Under the pieces are notes generated by a model. It was not told the origin of the DNA. It did no database searches and saw only the letters and a list, made by a program, of their open reading frames with translations. DNA of 64,000 bases from an uncultured delta proteobacterium (lineage in GTDB: Bacteria > Desulfobacterota > Desulfuromonadia > Geobacterales > DSM-12255): contig CAWBBV010000006.1 of assembly GCA_963787125.1 (NCBI GenBank), positions 1 through 64,000 of the forward strand. The letters run 5' to 3'. Shown here piece by piece: positions 9,501-19,346 of the stretch. A program made the position numbers and the translations under genes. The stretch's first letter is position 1. Each line of letters opens with the position of its first letter.

Positions 9501-11811
9501 TGGCAAACCGACGGATATGTTTGGTGTAACCCAGGACATTACCGAAGCTAAACTGGCGGAGGACAAGCTGCGGGAAGCCACGCAGATCGCTGAAGAAGCC
9601 ACCAGAACCAAGAGTGACTTCCTCGCCAACATGAGCCATGAGATCCGCACCCCGATGAACGCCATTATCGGCATGTCCCACCTGGCGCTGCAGACCACGC
9701 TGGACAAGAAACAGCGCAACTACATCGAGAAGGTGAAGCGCGCCGGCGAAAACCTGCTGGGGATCATCAACGACATCCTCGATTTTTCCAAGATCGAAGC
9801 CGGCAAGATGACCATGGAGAAGATTGATTTCCATCTGGAAGATGTCATGGACAACCTGGCTAATCTGGTGGGGATGAAGACCGAGGACAAGGGGCTGGAG
9901 CTGCTCTTCAACTGTGCGGCTGATGTGCCGACCTCACTGGTGGGTGATCCGCTCCGGCTGGGGCAGGTGCTGATCAACCTGGGCAACAATGCCGTCAAGT
10001 TCACCGAACAGGGTGAAATAGTCGTCGGCGTTGAAAAGGAGCTCGAGGATGAGAACGGCGCCCTACTGCACTTCTGGATACGTGATTCAGGCATCGGCAT
10101 GACCCCGGAACAGTGCGGCAAGATGTTCCAGTCCTTCAGCCAGGCCGACGCCTCCACGACCCGCAAATACGGTGGCACCGGCTTGGGGCTGGTCATATCA
10201 AAGAACCTGGTGGAGCAGATGCAGGGGCGGATCTGGGTCGAGAGCGAGGCCGGCAAGGGCTCTACCTTCCACTTCACTGCCCGCTTCGGGCTGCAGACAG
10301 AACCGATGCCACGGCGCATGTTCCTGGCCGAAGAGCTACTGGGGGTACGGGTGCTGGTGGTGGATGACAACGCCTCTGCCCGGGAAATTCTCTCCGCCAT
10401 GGCCCGCCAGTTCGGTCTGGAGGTAGACACCGCCCAGGACGGCCAGCAGGCACTGAATATGATTGTCCAGGCTGAACAGAAGCAGCTACCCTACGACCTG
10501 GTGCTGATGGACTGGAAGATGCCGGTCATGGACGGCGTGGAAACGGTCCAGCATCTGCAGGACGAGCAGCTGAACAAGATCCCGTCAGTAATCATGGTCA
10601 CCGCGTACGGCCGTGAAGAGGCGCTCAGTTCGGCCGACCAGCGTGGTGTTCAGCTGAAAACCGTACTGACCAAGCCTGTTAACGCCTCCACTCTGCTGGA
10701 AGCAATCGGCGAAGTTCTAGGCAGGGGGATTGTCATTGAGACCCGCGCCAGCGAACGGGCCGACGACCATGTCGATGTCATGGCTCAGCTGAACGGCGCC
10801 CGCCTGCTGCTGGTGGAAGACAACGACATGAATCAGGAACTGGCCACCGAGCTGCTGGAGCAGGCCGGCATAACCGTGGTGATCGCCAACAACGGCCAGG
10901 AGTCACTGGATATTCTTGCCAAAGACCCCGCCTTTGACGGGGTGCTGATGGATTGCCAGATGCCGGTCATGGACGGCTACACCGCCACGCGGGAAATCCG
11001 TAAAAACCCGGCCTTCAAAGAGCTGCCGATCATCGCCATGACCGCCAACGCCATGGCCGGTGACAAGGAAAAGGTAATCGAGGCGGGCATGTGGGACCAT
11101 ATTGCCAAACCGCTCAATGTGGCGGAGATGTATGCCACTATTGCCAAATGGGTCAAGCCGGCAGGTACGATTATCGAGACATCGACTGCTGCACCGGCAC
11201 AGCAGCAACCGGTGGACGGATTGCCGCCATTGCCCGGCATTGATGTGACGGCCGGTCTGGCAACCACCATGAATAATCACAAGCTTTATACCCGGATGCT
11301 GATCAAATTCCGCGACAGCCAGGGCAAGTTCAATGAACTGTTTGCCGCAGCCCGGCAGGACAGCGACCCTATGGCCGCCGAACGAGCCGCCCATACACTT
11401 AAGGGGACTGCCGGCAATATTGGCGCCAAAGGGGTGCAGGCCGCTGCAGGTGAGCTGGAACAGGCCTGCCATGCAGGCACGGTTGACGCAATAGATGCAC
11501 TACTGGCAACGGTACTGGCAGAGCTGGAGCCGGTTGTCTGTGGACTGCAGCAAGTTGGCGCAGGGGAAGCTGCGGCAGCGAATGCTGCACTGATGATCCC
11601 CAGGGAGGAAGTGCAGGCAGCGCTTGACCGGCTTGCGGTACTACTGGGAGATAATGACTCGGCAGCCGGAGATCTGCTGGGTGAACTACTGGACAAAATT
11701 GCTGCTACCCCTCAAGCACGGGCCTTGAAGCCGGTGGCTGACGCCATCAATAACTATGACTTTGATGAAGCGCTTGAGAAGCTGAAGAAGGTAAAGGTAG
11801 AAGCTGAATAG
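6586..11811 (+). CDS. Hybrid histidine kinase: 4HB-HAMP-GAF-4xPAS-HisKA-HATPase-2xREC-Hpt
   Basis: FLANMSHEIRTPMN, NLGNNAVKFT, GGTGLGL, two REC domains (LMDWKMP, LMDCQMP), Hpt AHTLKG; ATGA-type overlap with the upstream gene. Confidence 0.95.
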   Translation: MNRFIIALERRSLSRKLAFGFALLLLGTIAIGLEGIVGQRAIIDDLKVMHDKELQGVASGKDAQVAYATIGRTLRQALITADSVERSRSLSQQDAARIALSMEVTLLRTTLFREDTKKLLALFEKNSAIYLRGVDKATALMLGGRNAEALAFVSSMEFQQPGIDANENMEQLVKIKEDGAQKTYLRSLADARRSQIISATLLAFGLLFGVMLWLLVSRSVIRPLDRLRDALKELASGRLDYEVPHCDYSNEVGDLARAVTVLQTEAQQMEAQRWIKTHIAAVSTALQAATSFSELSQTFLSSVAPLLKVGHAVFYLFEEEQQRLHMLGGYAFRERKNLDTYFALGQSLVGQCALERAPIIISKPPADYIRIGSSLGEAVPNTIAVLPVLHNEQLLAVLELATFENFGANEQALLDGLMPVLAMSMEIIERNTRTQQLLEETQRQAESMEKQAAKLEEQAVEMEAQQHEIKATEAWFRSIVESAPDGMLVVDEHGSIILTNHQVEAMFGYGPGELSGSPIEALVPPDVRGRHVALRDSYLIDDEHARSIDATNRQLRGVRKDGSELPVELSLSRLPAIGGRGKCVCASVRDITARKAAEDRLAMAEERSRLILGAVGDGIVGLDNDGFVTFANPAAPAMLGYREDEFVGQKMHALVHHHYPDGRHFPREECPMYLSSVDGQARTVDSEVLWHRDGTAIPVEYSTTVIHKEAAIVGTVIVYRDITERKQSEQKLSDSRATMVALISSIPDLIFYKNPEGVYLGCNGAFAELVGRPVEEITGSTDYELFPQEVADFFRNKDADMLSKLESLSNEEWVDYPDGRHVLLDTLKSPFWSSDGKLLGILGISRDMTERKQAEDKLRHADFLNNQALDLTKAGYWHIPLNTGDEYYNSSERAATIFGDPPRPDWRYHLMNEWGANVAAGDKDAAEATFKNYAAALEGTVPRYDAIYAYKRPIDGHVVWIHAMGDVVRDADGKPTDMFGVTQDITEAKLAEDKLREATQIAEEATRTKSDFLANMSHEIRTPMNAIIGMSHLALQTTLDKKQRNYIEKVKRAGENLLGIINDILDFSKIEAGKMTMEKIDFHLEDVMDNLANLVGMKTEDKGLELLFNCAADVPTSLVGDPLRLGQVLINLGNNAVKFTEQGEIVVGVEKELEDENGALLHFWIRDSGIGMTPEQCGKMFQSFSQADASTTRKYGGTGLGLVISKNLVEQMQGRIWVESEAGKGSTFHFTARFGLQTEPMPRRMFLAEELLGVRVLVVDDNASAREILSAMARQFGLEVDTAQDGQQALNMIVQAEQKQLPYDLVLMDWKMPVMDGVETVQHLQDEQLNKIPSVIMVTAYGREEALSSADQRGVQLKTVLTKPVNASTLLEAIGEVLGRGIVIETRASERADDHVDVMAQLNGARLLLVEDNDMNQELATELLEQAGITVVIANNGQESLDILAKDPAFDGVLMDCQMPVMDGYTATREIRKNPAFKELPIIAMTANAMAGDKEKVIEAGMWDHIAKPLNVAEMYATIAKWVKPAGTIIETSTAAPAQQQPVDGLPPLPGIDVTAGLATTMNNHKLYTRMLIKFRDSQGKFNELFAAARQDSDPMAAERAAHTLKGTAGNIGAKGVQAAAGELEQACHAGTVDAIDALLATVLAELEPVVCGLQQVGAGEAAAANAALMIPREEVQAALDRLAVLLGDNDSAAGDLLGELLDKIAATPQARALKPVADAINNYDFDEALEKLKKVKVEAE

Positions 11812-11844
11812 CGTTAAGAATTGAATGACAGGAGAATAGCTCTC

Positions 11845-12702
11845 ATGCAACACGTGATTACTGTGAATCGCAGCATTATGAAAGTATGGACGCTCGCTGT
11901 TTTCGTTGCGGCAACTTTCGGTTTCAGTGCAGTTGCCGGTGCGAAAGATGAGAAAACCGCCAGCGTAACGCCCAAAGAAGCCAGGTCTATTCTGCTGCGC
12001 ATGGCAGAGTTCATGTCCAGAACCGGAAACTTCAGCGTAGCTGTGCGGGACAGTTACGATGTCTATCAGCAGTCGGGGCAGAAAATAGAATTCAGCGAAA
12101 TGCGCACAATCACCGTGGCCCGCCCCGACCGTCTCCGGATTGATGTCGAGGAGAGCAGCGGTGAGAAACAGATGCTGCTGTTTGACGGCAAGGAACTGAC
12201 CGTGGCAACGCCTAACCGTAACGTGTATGCAAGAACCCCGCAACCAGGTTCTATCGACGACGCGGTTAATTATTTCATCGCTAATCTTGGCATGAAAGTA
12301 CCTTTTTCAGTTTTGCTGCAGACCACCGCACCAAAAGAACTTGACCGGAAAACGCAAACGTTAAACTACGTTGAGAAGACAACCATATTCGGAGCTCCGG
12401 CGCATCACCTTGTCGGGCGCACTGCTAATGTCGACTTCCAGATCTGGATTGCGGACGGCGACCAGCCGCTACCGCAGCGCCTGGTGCTGACCTATCGCAA
12501 AGAGAAAGGTCAGCCGCAGTTCCGCGCCCAGTTCTCCAACTGGAATCTGGCTGCGGAGACGCCTGCATCACTGTTCGAGTTTGTCCCTTCAGCCGGGATG
12601 CATAAGATCACTTTCCTCTCACAACTGCCGCAGAGTTCAGACAAGAAGAGTGTAACACCGGTCAAAGTAAGTAAACCAAAGCTGCCGGGAGGTCCAAAAT
12701 GA
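11845..12702 (+). CDS. DUF2092-family periplasmic protein (LolA-like)
   Basis: Signal peptide; RPDRLR, FDGK, DFQIWIxxGxQPLP, PQFRA..SNWN motifs; start taken at the ATG after GGAG. Confidence 0.75.
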   Translation: MQHVITVNRSIMKVWTLAVFVAATFGFSAVAGAKDEKTASVTPKEARSILLRMAEFMSRTGNFSVAVRDSYDVYQQSGQKIEFSEMRTITVARPDRLRIDVEESSGEKQMLLFDGKELTVATPNRNVYARTPQPGSIDDAVNYFIANLGMKVPFSVLLQTTAPKELDRKTQTLNYVEKTTIFGAPAHHLVGRTANVDFQIWIADGDQPLPQRLVLTYRKEKGQPQFRAQFSNWNLAAETPASLFEFVPSAGMHKITFLSQLPQSSDKKSVTPVKVSKPKLPGGPK

Positions 12703-13187
12703 AAACGGGCACAGCCAGAGAGCTGAAGCAGGTTTTGATTCCCGGCAGTGTCGTCTGTTTGCTGGCATTGCTAGTCGGCAGCGTTGCTGTTGCCCACGGT
12801 GCTGGACGAGGCGGTGGAGGTGGCGGCGGGTATGCCCGCGGCGGTGCTGCCTCGACCGGCAGCTTTACAGGTGGAGCTGTTGCTGCAAGACAGATAGAGC
12901 ATCCGGTTGCTGCAGCAAGAGTTCCCGATAATCGCCGGGATATTATTGACAATGGCCACAGGGATCATCCGGTCGCTGCTGCGGCAGTGGCAGCCAGGGC
13001 CGTTGACAATCGCCAGGGCTATGTTGGTGGCGGGGGCGGAGCTTATTATGCAGAGCTCCCCTGTTCGAGCAGCGAAACATATATCGACGGGGTAACCTAT
13101 TACGCCTGCGGCACAACCTATTACGTACAAAGCTACAACGGCGGTGCGGTAGTCTATGTGCCGTCTCCGCCGCCGCCGGGGTACTGA
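12699..13187 (+). CDS. Gly-rich secreted protein (DUF6515-like C-terminus)
   Basis: Signal peptide, Gly run, duplicated HPVAAA..DNR motif, C-terminal LPC..GVTYYACG.TYY..VYV.PP. Confidence 0.6.
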   Translation: MKTGTARELKQVLIPGSVVCLLALLVGSVAVAHGAGRGGGGGGGYARGGAASTGSFTGGAVAARQIEHPVAAARVPDNRRDIIDNGHRDHPVAAAAVAARAVDNRQGYVGGGGGAYYAELPCSSSETYIDGVTYYACGTTYYVQSYNGGAVVYVPSPPPPGY

Positions 13188-13237
13188 GAAGATGTGTCGG
13201 GTGACAACGCCATGGATATAACCAGGCAGAGAAAGAG

Positions 13238-14713
13238 ATGGAGCTGAACTCGTATCGAGATTCTAGTCCCTGCATTTCGGTTGCCGGCATCGGCGCTTCC
13301 GCAGGTGGCCTTGAGGCGATGCTGCCGCTCTGTGCGCGGCTGCGTCGGACTGGGCGGATCGCCTATGTGATCGCGCAGCATATGGCCAATGACGGCCATG
13401 GCGAGCTGGTCGTCCGTCTGATCCAGCGTGAATCGGCGCTGCCGGTGATGCTTGCCGACAAGACAGTACGGCTGCAGGCAGATACGGTCTATATGATCCC
13501 GGCTGGCAAAGACGGTCTGGTCATGGCCGGCATGCTGACGTTAAATGAACCGGCTGCGGGAAACATCTCCACCCCGTCCGTCAATGCGTTATTTAAATCC
13601 ATTGCTGAAGAGTGCGGCAGTAATGCCATCGGCGTAGTCCTGTCAGGCACGGGATCGGACGGGGTTAGCGGCTGCCGTGCCATCAGGGTTGCTGGCGGTT
13701 TGACCCTGGCGCAGGAGCCAACGGAGGCCAAGTATGCCGGTATGCCGGAAGCTGTGATCGCAGCCGGCCTGGCGGATCAGGTTATGTCAGTGGTAGAGAT
13801 GGGAGTACGGCTGGCTGCACGGTTTCCCGGTTACGCTGCTCCTGTGGTGCTTATCAGTCCCAAAGCCGTTACCGCAGCAGTGGAGTCCGACGAAGACTCT
13901 GTCAGCAAAGCCGAGCGCCGGGAACTGGAAGAGTTGCAGCGCCAGGTGCTGGAAACCACCGGCATCGATTTTTCCAGCTACAAGGAAGATACCCTGTTGC
14001 GGCGTCTGGAAAAACGCAAAGCAGTTGTTGGAGCAACATCGGCAGAGGCTTACCAGTCACTGATCCACCGAGACCCACACGAACTGCACGCCCTGCAGCA
14101 CCTGTTTCTGGTCTCCATGTCATCCTTCTTTCGTGACCGTGACTCGTTTGAGTCGCTGGAGCGGACGCTGGCAACCCGGATTCTTGACAAGCAGAAGGGG
14201 GTGCCAGTCCGCATCTGGGTGCCGGGATGCGCCTCAGGTGAAGAGCCTTACACCCTGGCCATTATTTTGAGCGAACTGCTCGGCAGTTGCCGTCAGCTGC
14301 AGCCGCTTGCCATAACCGCCACCGACCTGAACCTTGAAGCACTGGCTATGGCCCGGGCCGGCATCTACCCCCGGACCGCCTTTACGGAAATGGACGCGAA
14401 CCTGCGCGATCGTTATTTCATCCTCCGGGGGGAGCAGTTTGAGGTGACGCCCGAGTTGAAAGCCTGCGTCCAGTTTGAACAGCGTGATGTCCTGAACGGC
14501 ACGCCACAGGGTGAGCTGGATCTGGTCAGTTGCCGCAATCTGCTGATCTATATGAAGAGTCCCCTGCAGGATCAGCTGATCAAAACTTTTTATCAGGCGC
14601 TGCTGCCGGGCGGCCTGCTGTTTCTGGGGCAGTACGAGTCTCTCAGTTTTCTGGGGAGTTCGCTGTTTACGCCGATTGACCATTACCACCGGTTGTTCCA
14701 GCGCCGGAATTGA
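13238..14713 (+). CDS. CheB methylesterase-CheR methyltransferase fusion
   Basis: CheB triad GASAGG / QH / GSDG; CheR motifs FFRD, GCASGEEPY, ATDL, CRNLLIY. Confidence 0.92.
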   Translation: MELNSYRDSSPCISVAGIGASAGGLEAMLPLCARLRRTGRIAYVIAQHMANDGHGELVVRLIQRESALPVMLADKTVRLQADTVYMIPAGKDGLVMAGMLTLNEPAAGNISTPSVNALFKSIAEECGSNAIGVVLSGTGSDGVSGCRAIRVAGGLTLAQEPTEAKYAGMPEAVIAAGLADQVMSVVEMGVRLAARFPGYAAPVVLISPKAVTAAVESDEDSVSKAERRELEELQRQVLETTGIDFSSYKEDTLLRRLEKRKAVVGATSAEAYQSLIHRDPHELHALQHLFLVSMSSFFRDRDSFESLERTLATRILDKQKGVPVRIWVPGCASGEEPYTLAIILSELLGSCRQLQPLAITATDLNLEALAMARAGIYPRTAFTEMDANLRDRYFILRGEQFEVTPELKACVQFEQRDVLNGTPQGELDLVSCRNLLIYMKSPLQDQLIKTFYQALLPGGLLFLGQYESLSFLGSSLFTPIDHYHRLFQRRN

Positions 14714-14797
14714 TTCAGTCATCAGACGTCAGCATTCAGTGGTCACCTGTCTGCTGGATACTGAATTGTAATATCTATTTTTAGGGAGAATTCACCC

Positions 14798-16519
14798 ATG
14801 AATATTCTAGTTGATGCAAAAATTTCCAGAAAACTATACACGATAATACTTGCTGCGTTGGTGGCCCTGGTCGGATTGGCCGGTATAAACCTGTACCAGA
14901 TAGATAAGGTCTATGATCGGGCCAATTATGCCTCAATCAACACGGTTCCCAGCTTCAATACGATCTACGAAGCCCGCAACCATTTTCTCAATGTCAGGAT
15001 TCTGGCACGAGACCATACGTTAAATACCGACAACCAGAAAATGGGTGCACTCGACAGGCACATTCAAGAGCAGCGCGAAGAACTGACAAAAAAACTCAAC
15101 TACTACGAAGACAAATTAATTTCCAATCCGGAAGACTTGCGATTGCTGAAGGTTACACAAGCTGCCCTGAAAGACTATTACATCGGCCTTGAACAGATTC
15201 TGGCATTTTCTCGCCAGAATAAGAATGTTGAAGCGCGGGATGAAACAGAGAAAATCCTGGGTACAGTCGCAAAGGTCCAGGAGGCGTTTCAGAATCATAT
15301 CGAGTTCAACCGAATGCTTGCCGTACAAAGCTCCGCCGACGCCTTGACTGCAAAAAACAGGGCATTCTGGATAAATTGCCTTGTCACTTCACTCATGATT
15401 GTGCTGCTTTGCATCGGTGGCTGGGTGATCGCTAATGTAGGTCTGGTACGCCCTGTCGGCGTTGTGGCTGAAAACTTGAAGCAACTTGCTGCCGGCCGGA
15501 TGGATGTGACAGTGTCAGGGACCGAACGACGTGACGAGATTGGAGACATAGCCCGTGCAGCACAAATATTTAAGGAGTTTGTAGATAAACTTAATGCCCA
15601 AAGCTGGTTGAAATCCCGCTCAGCTGAAATCATGGGCGCGTTGCAGCAGGCCGAGGACATTCTATCGTTGACGCAGACCGCTGTTTCCATGATTGCCCCT
15701 GCGGTTGGCGCCGGCCACGGTGCTTTTTATGTTGCTGACGATGAAGGGCGTTTCAACCTGCTGGCAACCTACGGCTGCCGCGAACGAAAGCAGCTGAACA
15801 ACAGCTTTCAGGTCGGCGAAGGTCTGGTCGGACAGTGCGTGATGGAGAAAACGCCGATCATGATCACCACATCCAAAGATTACCTCCGGATCCACTCTGG
15901 ACTCGGTGATGGTTGCCCGGCCTGTGTCATGGTGTTGCCGGTCATGCATCGCGAACAGGTGCTTGGAGTGCTGGAAATGGCGTCCTTCCAGCAGTTCGGT
16001 GAGCGAGAAAAGAACCTTCTTGATGCCTTGCTGCCGGTACTGGCAACCAGTATGGAAATTCTTGACCGCAACCTGCGCACCAGGGAACTGCTGGTTGCGA
16101 CTCAGGAACAGGCCGAGCGGATGGAGAAGCAGGCCGCTCAGCTTGAGGAGCAATCTGTCGAGATGGAAGCGCAACAGGCCGAACTTAAGGAGACGGAACA
16201 CTGGTTTCGCAGCATCATCGAAACCGCACCGGACGGTATGCTGGTGGTTGATGGCGCCGGCCGGATTCTGCTGGCCAATCCCAAAGCGGAAGAGCTGTTC
16301 GGCTATGCCTCCGGCGAACTGGCGAATGGGCAGATCGAACAGTTGCTTCCGCCAGGATTCATGGCTGAAGAGAACTGCACCCGTTTGATGGGTGAAGGTC
16401 CGCGGATAACCGGCCGACGCAGGGATGGCAACGAATTCGAACTGTCCGTCGCGTCGAGCCCGCTGCCGACCCGCGGTACACGCGGCAGTTGCGTGAGCGT
16501 CGCGCTGCGGGCGAGCTGA
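14798..16519 (+). CDS. Membrane sensor 4HB-HAMP-GAF-PAS without transmitter; paralog of the N-terminal third of the hybrid kinase
   Basis: Same domain order and strong similarity (MEKQAAxLEEQxVEMEAQQ, WFRSIxExAPDGMLVVD); ends immediately after the PAS domain. Confidence 0.85.
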   Translation: MNILVDAKISRKLYTIILAALVALVGLAGINLYQIDKVYDRANYASINTVPSFNTIYEARNHFLNVRILARDHTLNTDNQKMGALDRHIQEQREELTKKLNYYEDKLISNPEDLRLLKVTQAALKDYYIGLEQILAFSRQNKNVEARDETEKILGTVAKVQEAFQNHIEFNRMLAVQSSADALTAKNRAFWINCLVTSLMIVLLCIGGWVIANVGLVRPVGVVAENLKQLAAGRMDVTVSGTERRDEIGDIARAAQIFKEFVDKLNAQSWLKSRSAEIMGALQQAEDILSLTQTAVSMIAPAVGAGHGAFYVADDEGRFNLLATYGCRERKQLNNSFQVGEGLVGQCVMEKTPIMITTSKDYLRIHSGLGDGCPACVMVLPVMHREQVLGVLEMASFQQFGEREKNLLDALLPVLATSMEILDRNLRTRELLVATQEQAERMEKQAAQLEEQSVEMEAQQAELKETEHWFRSIIETAPDGMLVVDGAGRILLANPKAEELFGYASGELANGQIEQLLPPGFMAEENCTRLMGEGPRITGRRRDGNEFELSVASSPLPTRGTRGSCVSVALRAS

Positions 16520-16540
16520 CGTGGAAGTCAAAACCTCTTA

Positions 16541-16703
16541 TTTTACAGGACTTAAATGCGGGCCAAAAGGATAAAGGGGATCAATACGGATAAGATCAAA
16601 ACCAAACAGAAAAGCTTTTTAGTTTAAACCCAGCAGCTTGTTTTTAAAGGTTTTATCCTGTCCATCCTGTTCATCCTTTAGGCCCGCTTTGGGTCCAGTA
16701 AAA
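16541..16703. repeat. Long imperfect palindrome with periodic GGAT units (divergent member of the GxxExxY-associated repeat type)
   Basis: Left arm TTTTACAGGACTTAAATGCGGGCCAAAAGGATAAAGGGGATC vs reverse complement of right arm TTTTACTGGACCCAAAGCGGGCCTAAAGGATGAACAGGATGG. Confidence 0.8.
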
Positions 16704-16787
16704 ATGTTTTTGTTCTATGGTTTTACTTGCAATAGTGCTGAATCAACTCGTAATCGTTAATATTTTGCTCAAAAGGGAGTTTCTGCC

Positions 16788-18134
<1,347 letters not shown>

Positions 18135-18135
18135 A

Positions 18136-18302
18136 TCAAAAACCAGTTTCACGCGGATAACTTCGGATAGAATCTGATAAAAATCTGATTTTGAATCTAA
18201 CCTAATGATGATACTTGTAAAACCAAGAACCATACTTTAATCCCAAAAAGGGTTAATCCGCCTTTATCCGAAGTTATCAGATTTGATCCGCGTGCTGGTT
18301 TT
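18136..18302. repeat. ~165-bp palindromic repeat, copy 1 (intact)
   Basis: AAAACCAG-TTT-CACGCGGAT...ATCCGCGTG-CTGGTTTT; near-identical to the copies at 18680/20407 and 23541. Confidence 0.9.
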
Positions 18303-18313
18303 CGGAGGTTTTT

Positions 18314-18721
18314 ATGCTGCATGAAGATTTAACCAACAGAATTATCTGCGCTTTCTATACTGTTTACAATATTCTCGGTAGCGGTTTTCTTGAAAGGGTC
18401 TACGAAAATGCCCTTGTCATTGAGTTGACAAAAATCGGTGTATCAGTGACGCAGCAGGAGAGCGTAAAAGTCTATTATGATGGAGTGCAGGTTGGTGATT
18501 ACTATGCTGACATCGTTGTGAATGGCTTGGTTATTCTGGAATTGAAAGCTGCTGAATCTTTGAAAAATGAGCACTTTGCACAACTGACCAACTACCTGAA
18601 GGCCACTGATAAAGAAGTCGGGTTGTTGCTGAATTTCGGCAAAAAGCCGGAATTCAAGAGAATAGTTCTGGGGAATGAGTCAAAAACCAGTTTCACGCGG
18701 ATAACTTCGGATAAAATCTGA
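18314..18721 (+). CDS. GxxExxY protein (PD-(D/E)XK nuclease superfamily)
   Basis: LGSGFLERVYENAL, ADIVV..VILELKA, HFAQLTNYLKAT..GLLLNFG; its last ~13 codons lie inside repeat copy 2. Confidence 0.93.
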   Translation: MLHEDLTNRIICAFYTVYNILGSGFLERVYENALVIELTKIGVSVTQQESVKVYYDGVQVGDYYADIVVNGLVILELKAAESLKNEHFAQLTNYLKATDKEVGLLLNFGKKPEFKRIVLGNESKTSFTRITSDKI

Positions 18722-18779
18722 TAAAAATCTGATTTAGAATCTAACTCACTGAGAATACTGGTAAAACCAAGAGCCAAAA
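18680..18779. repeat. Palindromic repeat copy 2, left half
   Basis: TCAAAAACCAGTTTCACGCGGATAACTTCGGATAAAATCTGATAAAAATCTGAT...AAAACCAAGAGCCAAAA, collinear with the left half of copy 1. Confidence 0.9.
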
Positions 18780-18792
18780 TATCTGAGGTGAC

Positions 18793-19257
18793 ATGGAAGA
18801 AACAATAGGCAAGTTCCTTGAAGCGCTAAAGCTGACCGGAATGTTTCTCGATAGAGACAGAATAACGATTAATGATTTAGGATGCCCACACGCGCCCAAG
18901 GGATTACCTCATGGGAAGATGGCTATCTACACATTTCAGAAAGACGGTGTATATCTAAAAATTGGAAAAGCTGGAGCAAACAGTAAGGCTCGGTTTCAAA
19001 GCCAACACTACAGATCACATCTAGCGAAAAGCAATTTAGCCAAGAGCTTGCTCAACGACCCAGATATGGCAATAAATAAACTCGGTGAGAGCAATGTTAG
19101 TGAATGGATTAGGAGCAGCACTCGGCGGGTTGATATTCTAATTGATAGTGATACCAATATCTTCATACTTAATTTTCTTGAGGCATTCTTGCATTGCACA
19201 TTCAAGCCGAAGTACGAAGGTTTCGAAAAGCAGCGGTGTTTTGTTAACACTGAATAA
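18793..19257 (+). CDS. GIY-YIG-like nuclease domain protein
   Basis: AIYTF-x4-VYLKIGKAG, downstream R (ARFQSQH) and E (FLEAFL) in GIY-YIG order; AT-rich. Confidence 0.55.
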   Translation: MEETIGKFLEALKLTGMFLDRDRITINDLGCPHAPKGLPHGKMAIYTFQKDGVYLKIGKAGANSKARFQSQHYRSHLAKSNLAKSLLNDPDMAINKLGESNVSEWIRSSTRRVDILIDSDTNIFILNFLEAFLHCTFKPKYEGFEKQRCFVNTE

Positions 19258-19346
19258 ATATCCACTCATTCTTGCACGAATTCAATGCCAAGCCGTTTGT
19301 TTTTAGATTCTACGCGACTCAAAATATACAAATAATGAGGCACCGC

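Noticed and set aside
8818..10430. Long antisense ORFs here and at 21449..22510, 38377..39282, 45587..46576, 52530..53567, 55478..56797 and 57634..58554
   Set aside because: They are shadows of well-supported GC-rich genes on the opposite strand and have no recognisable motifs.
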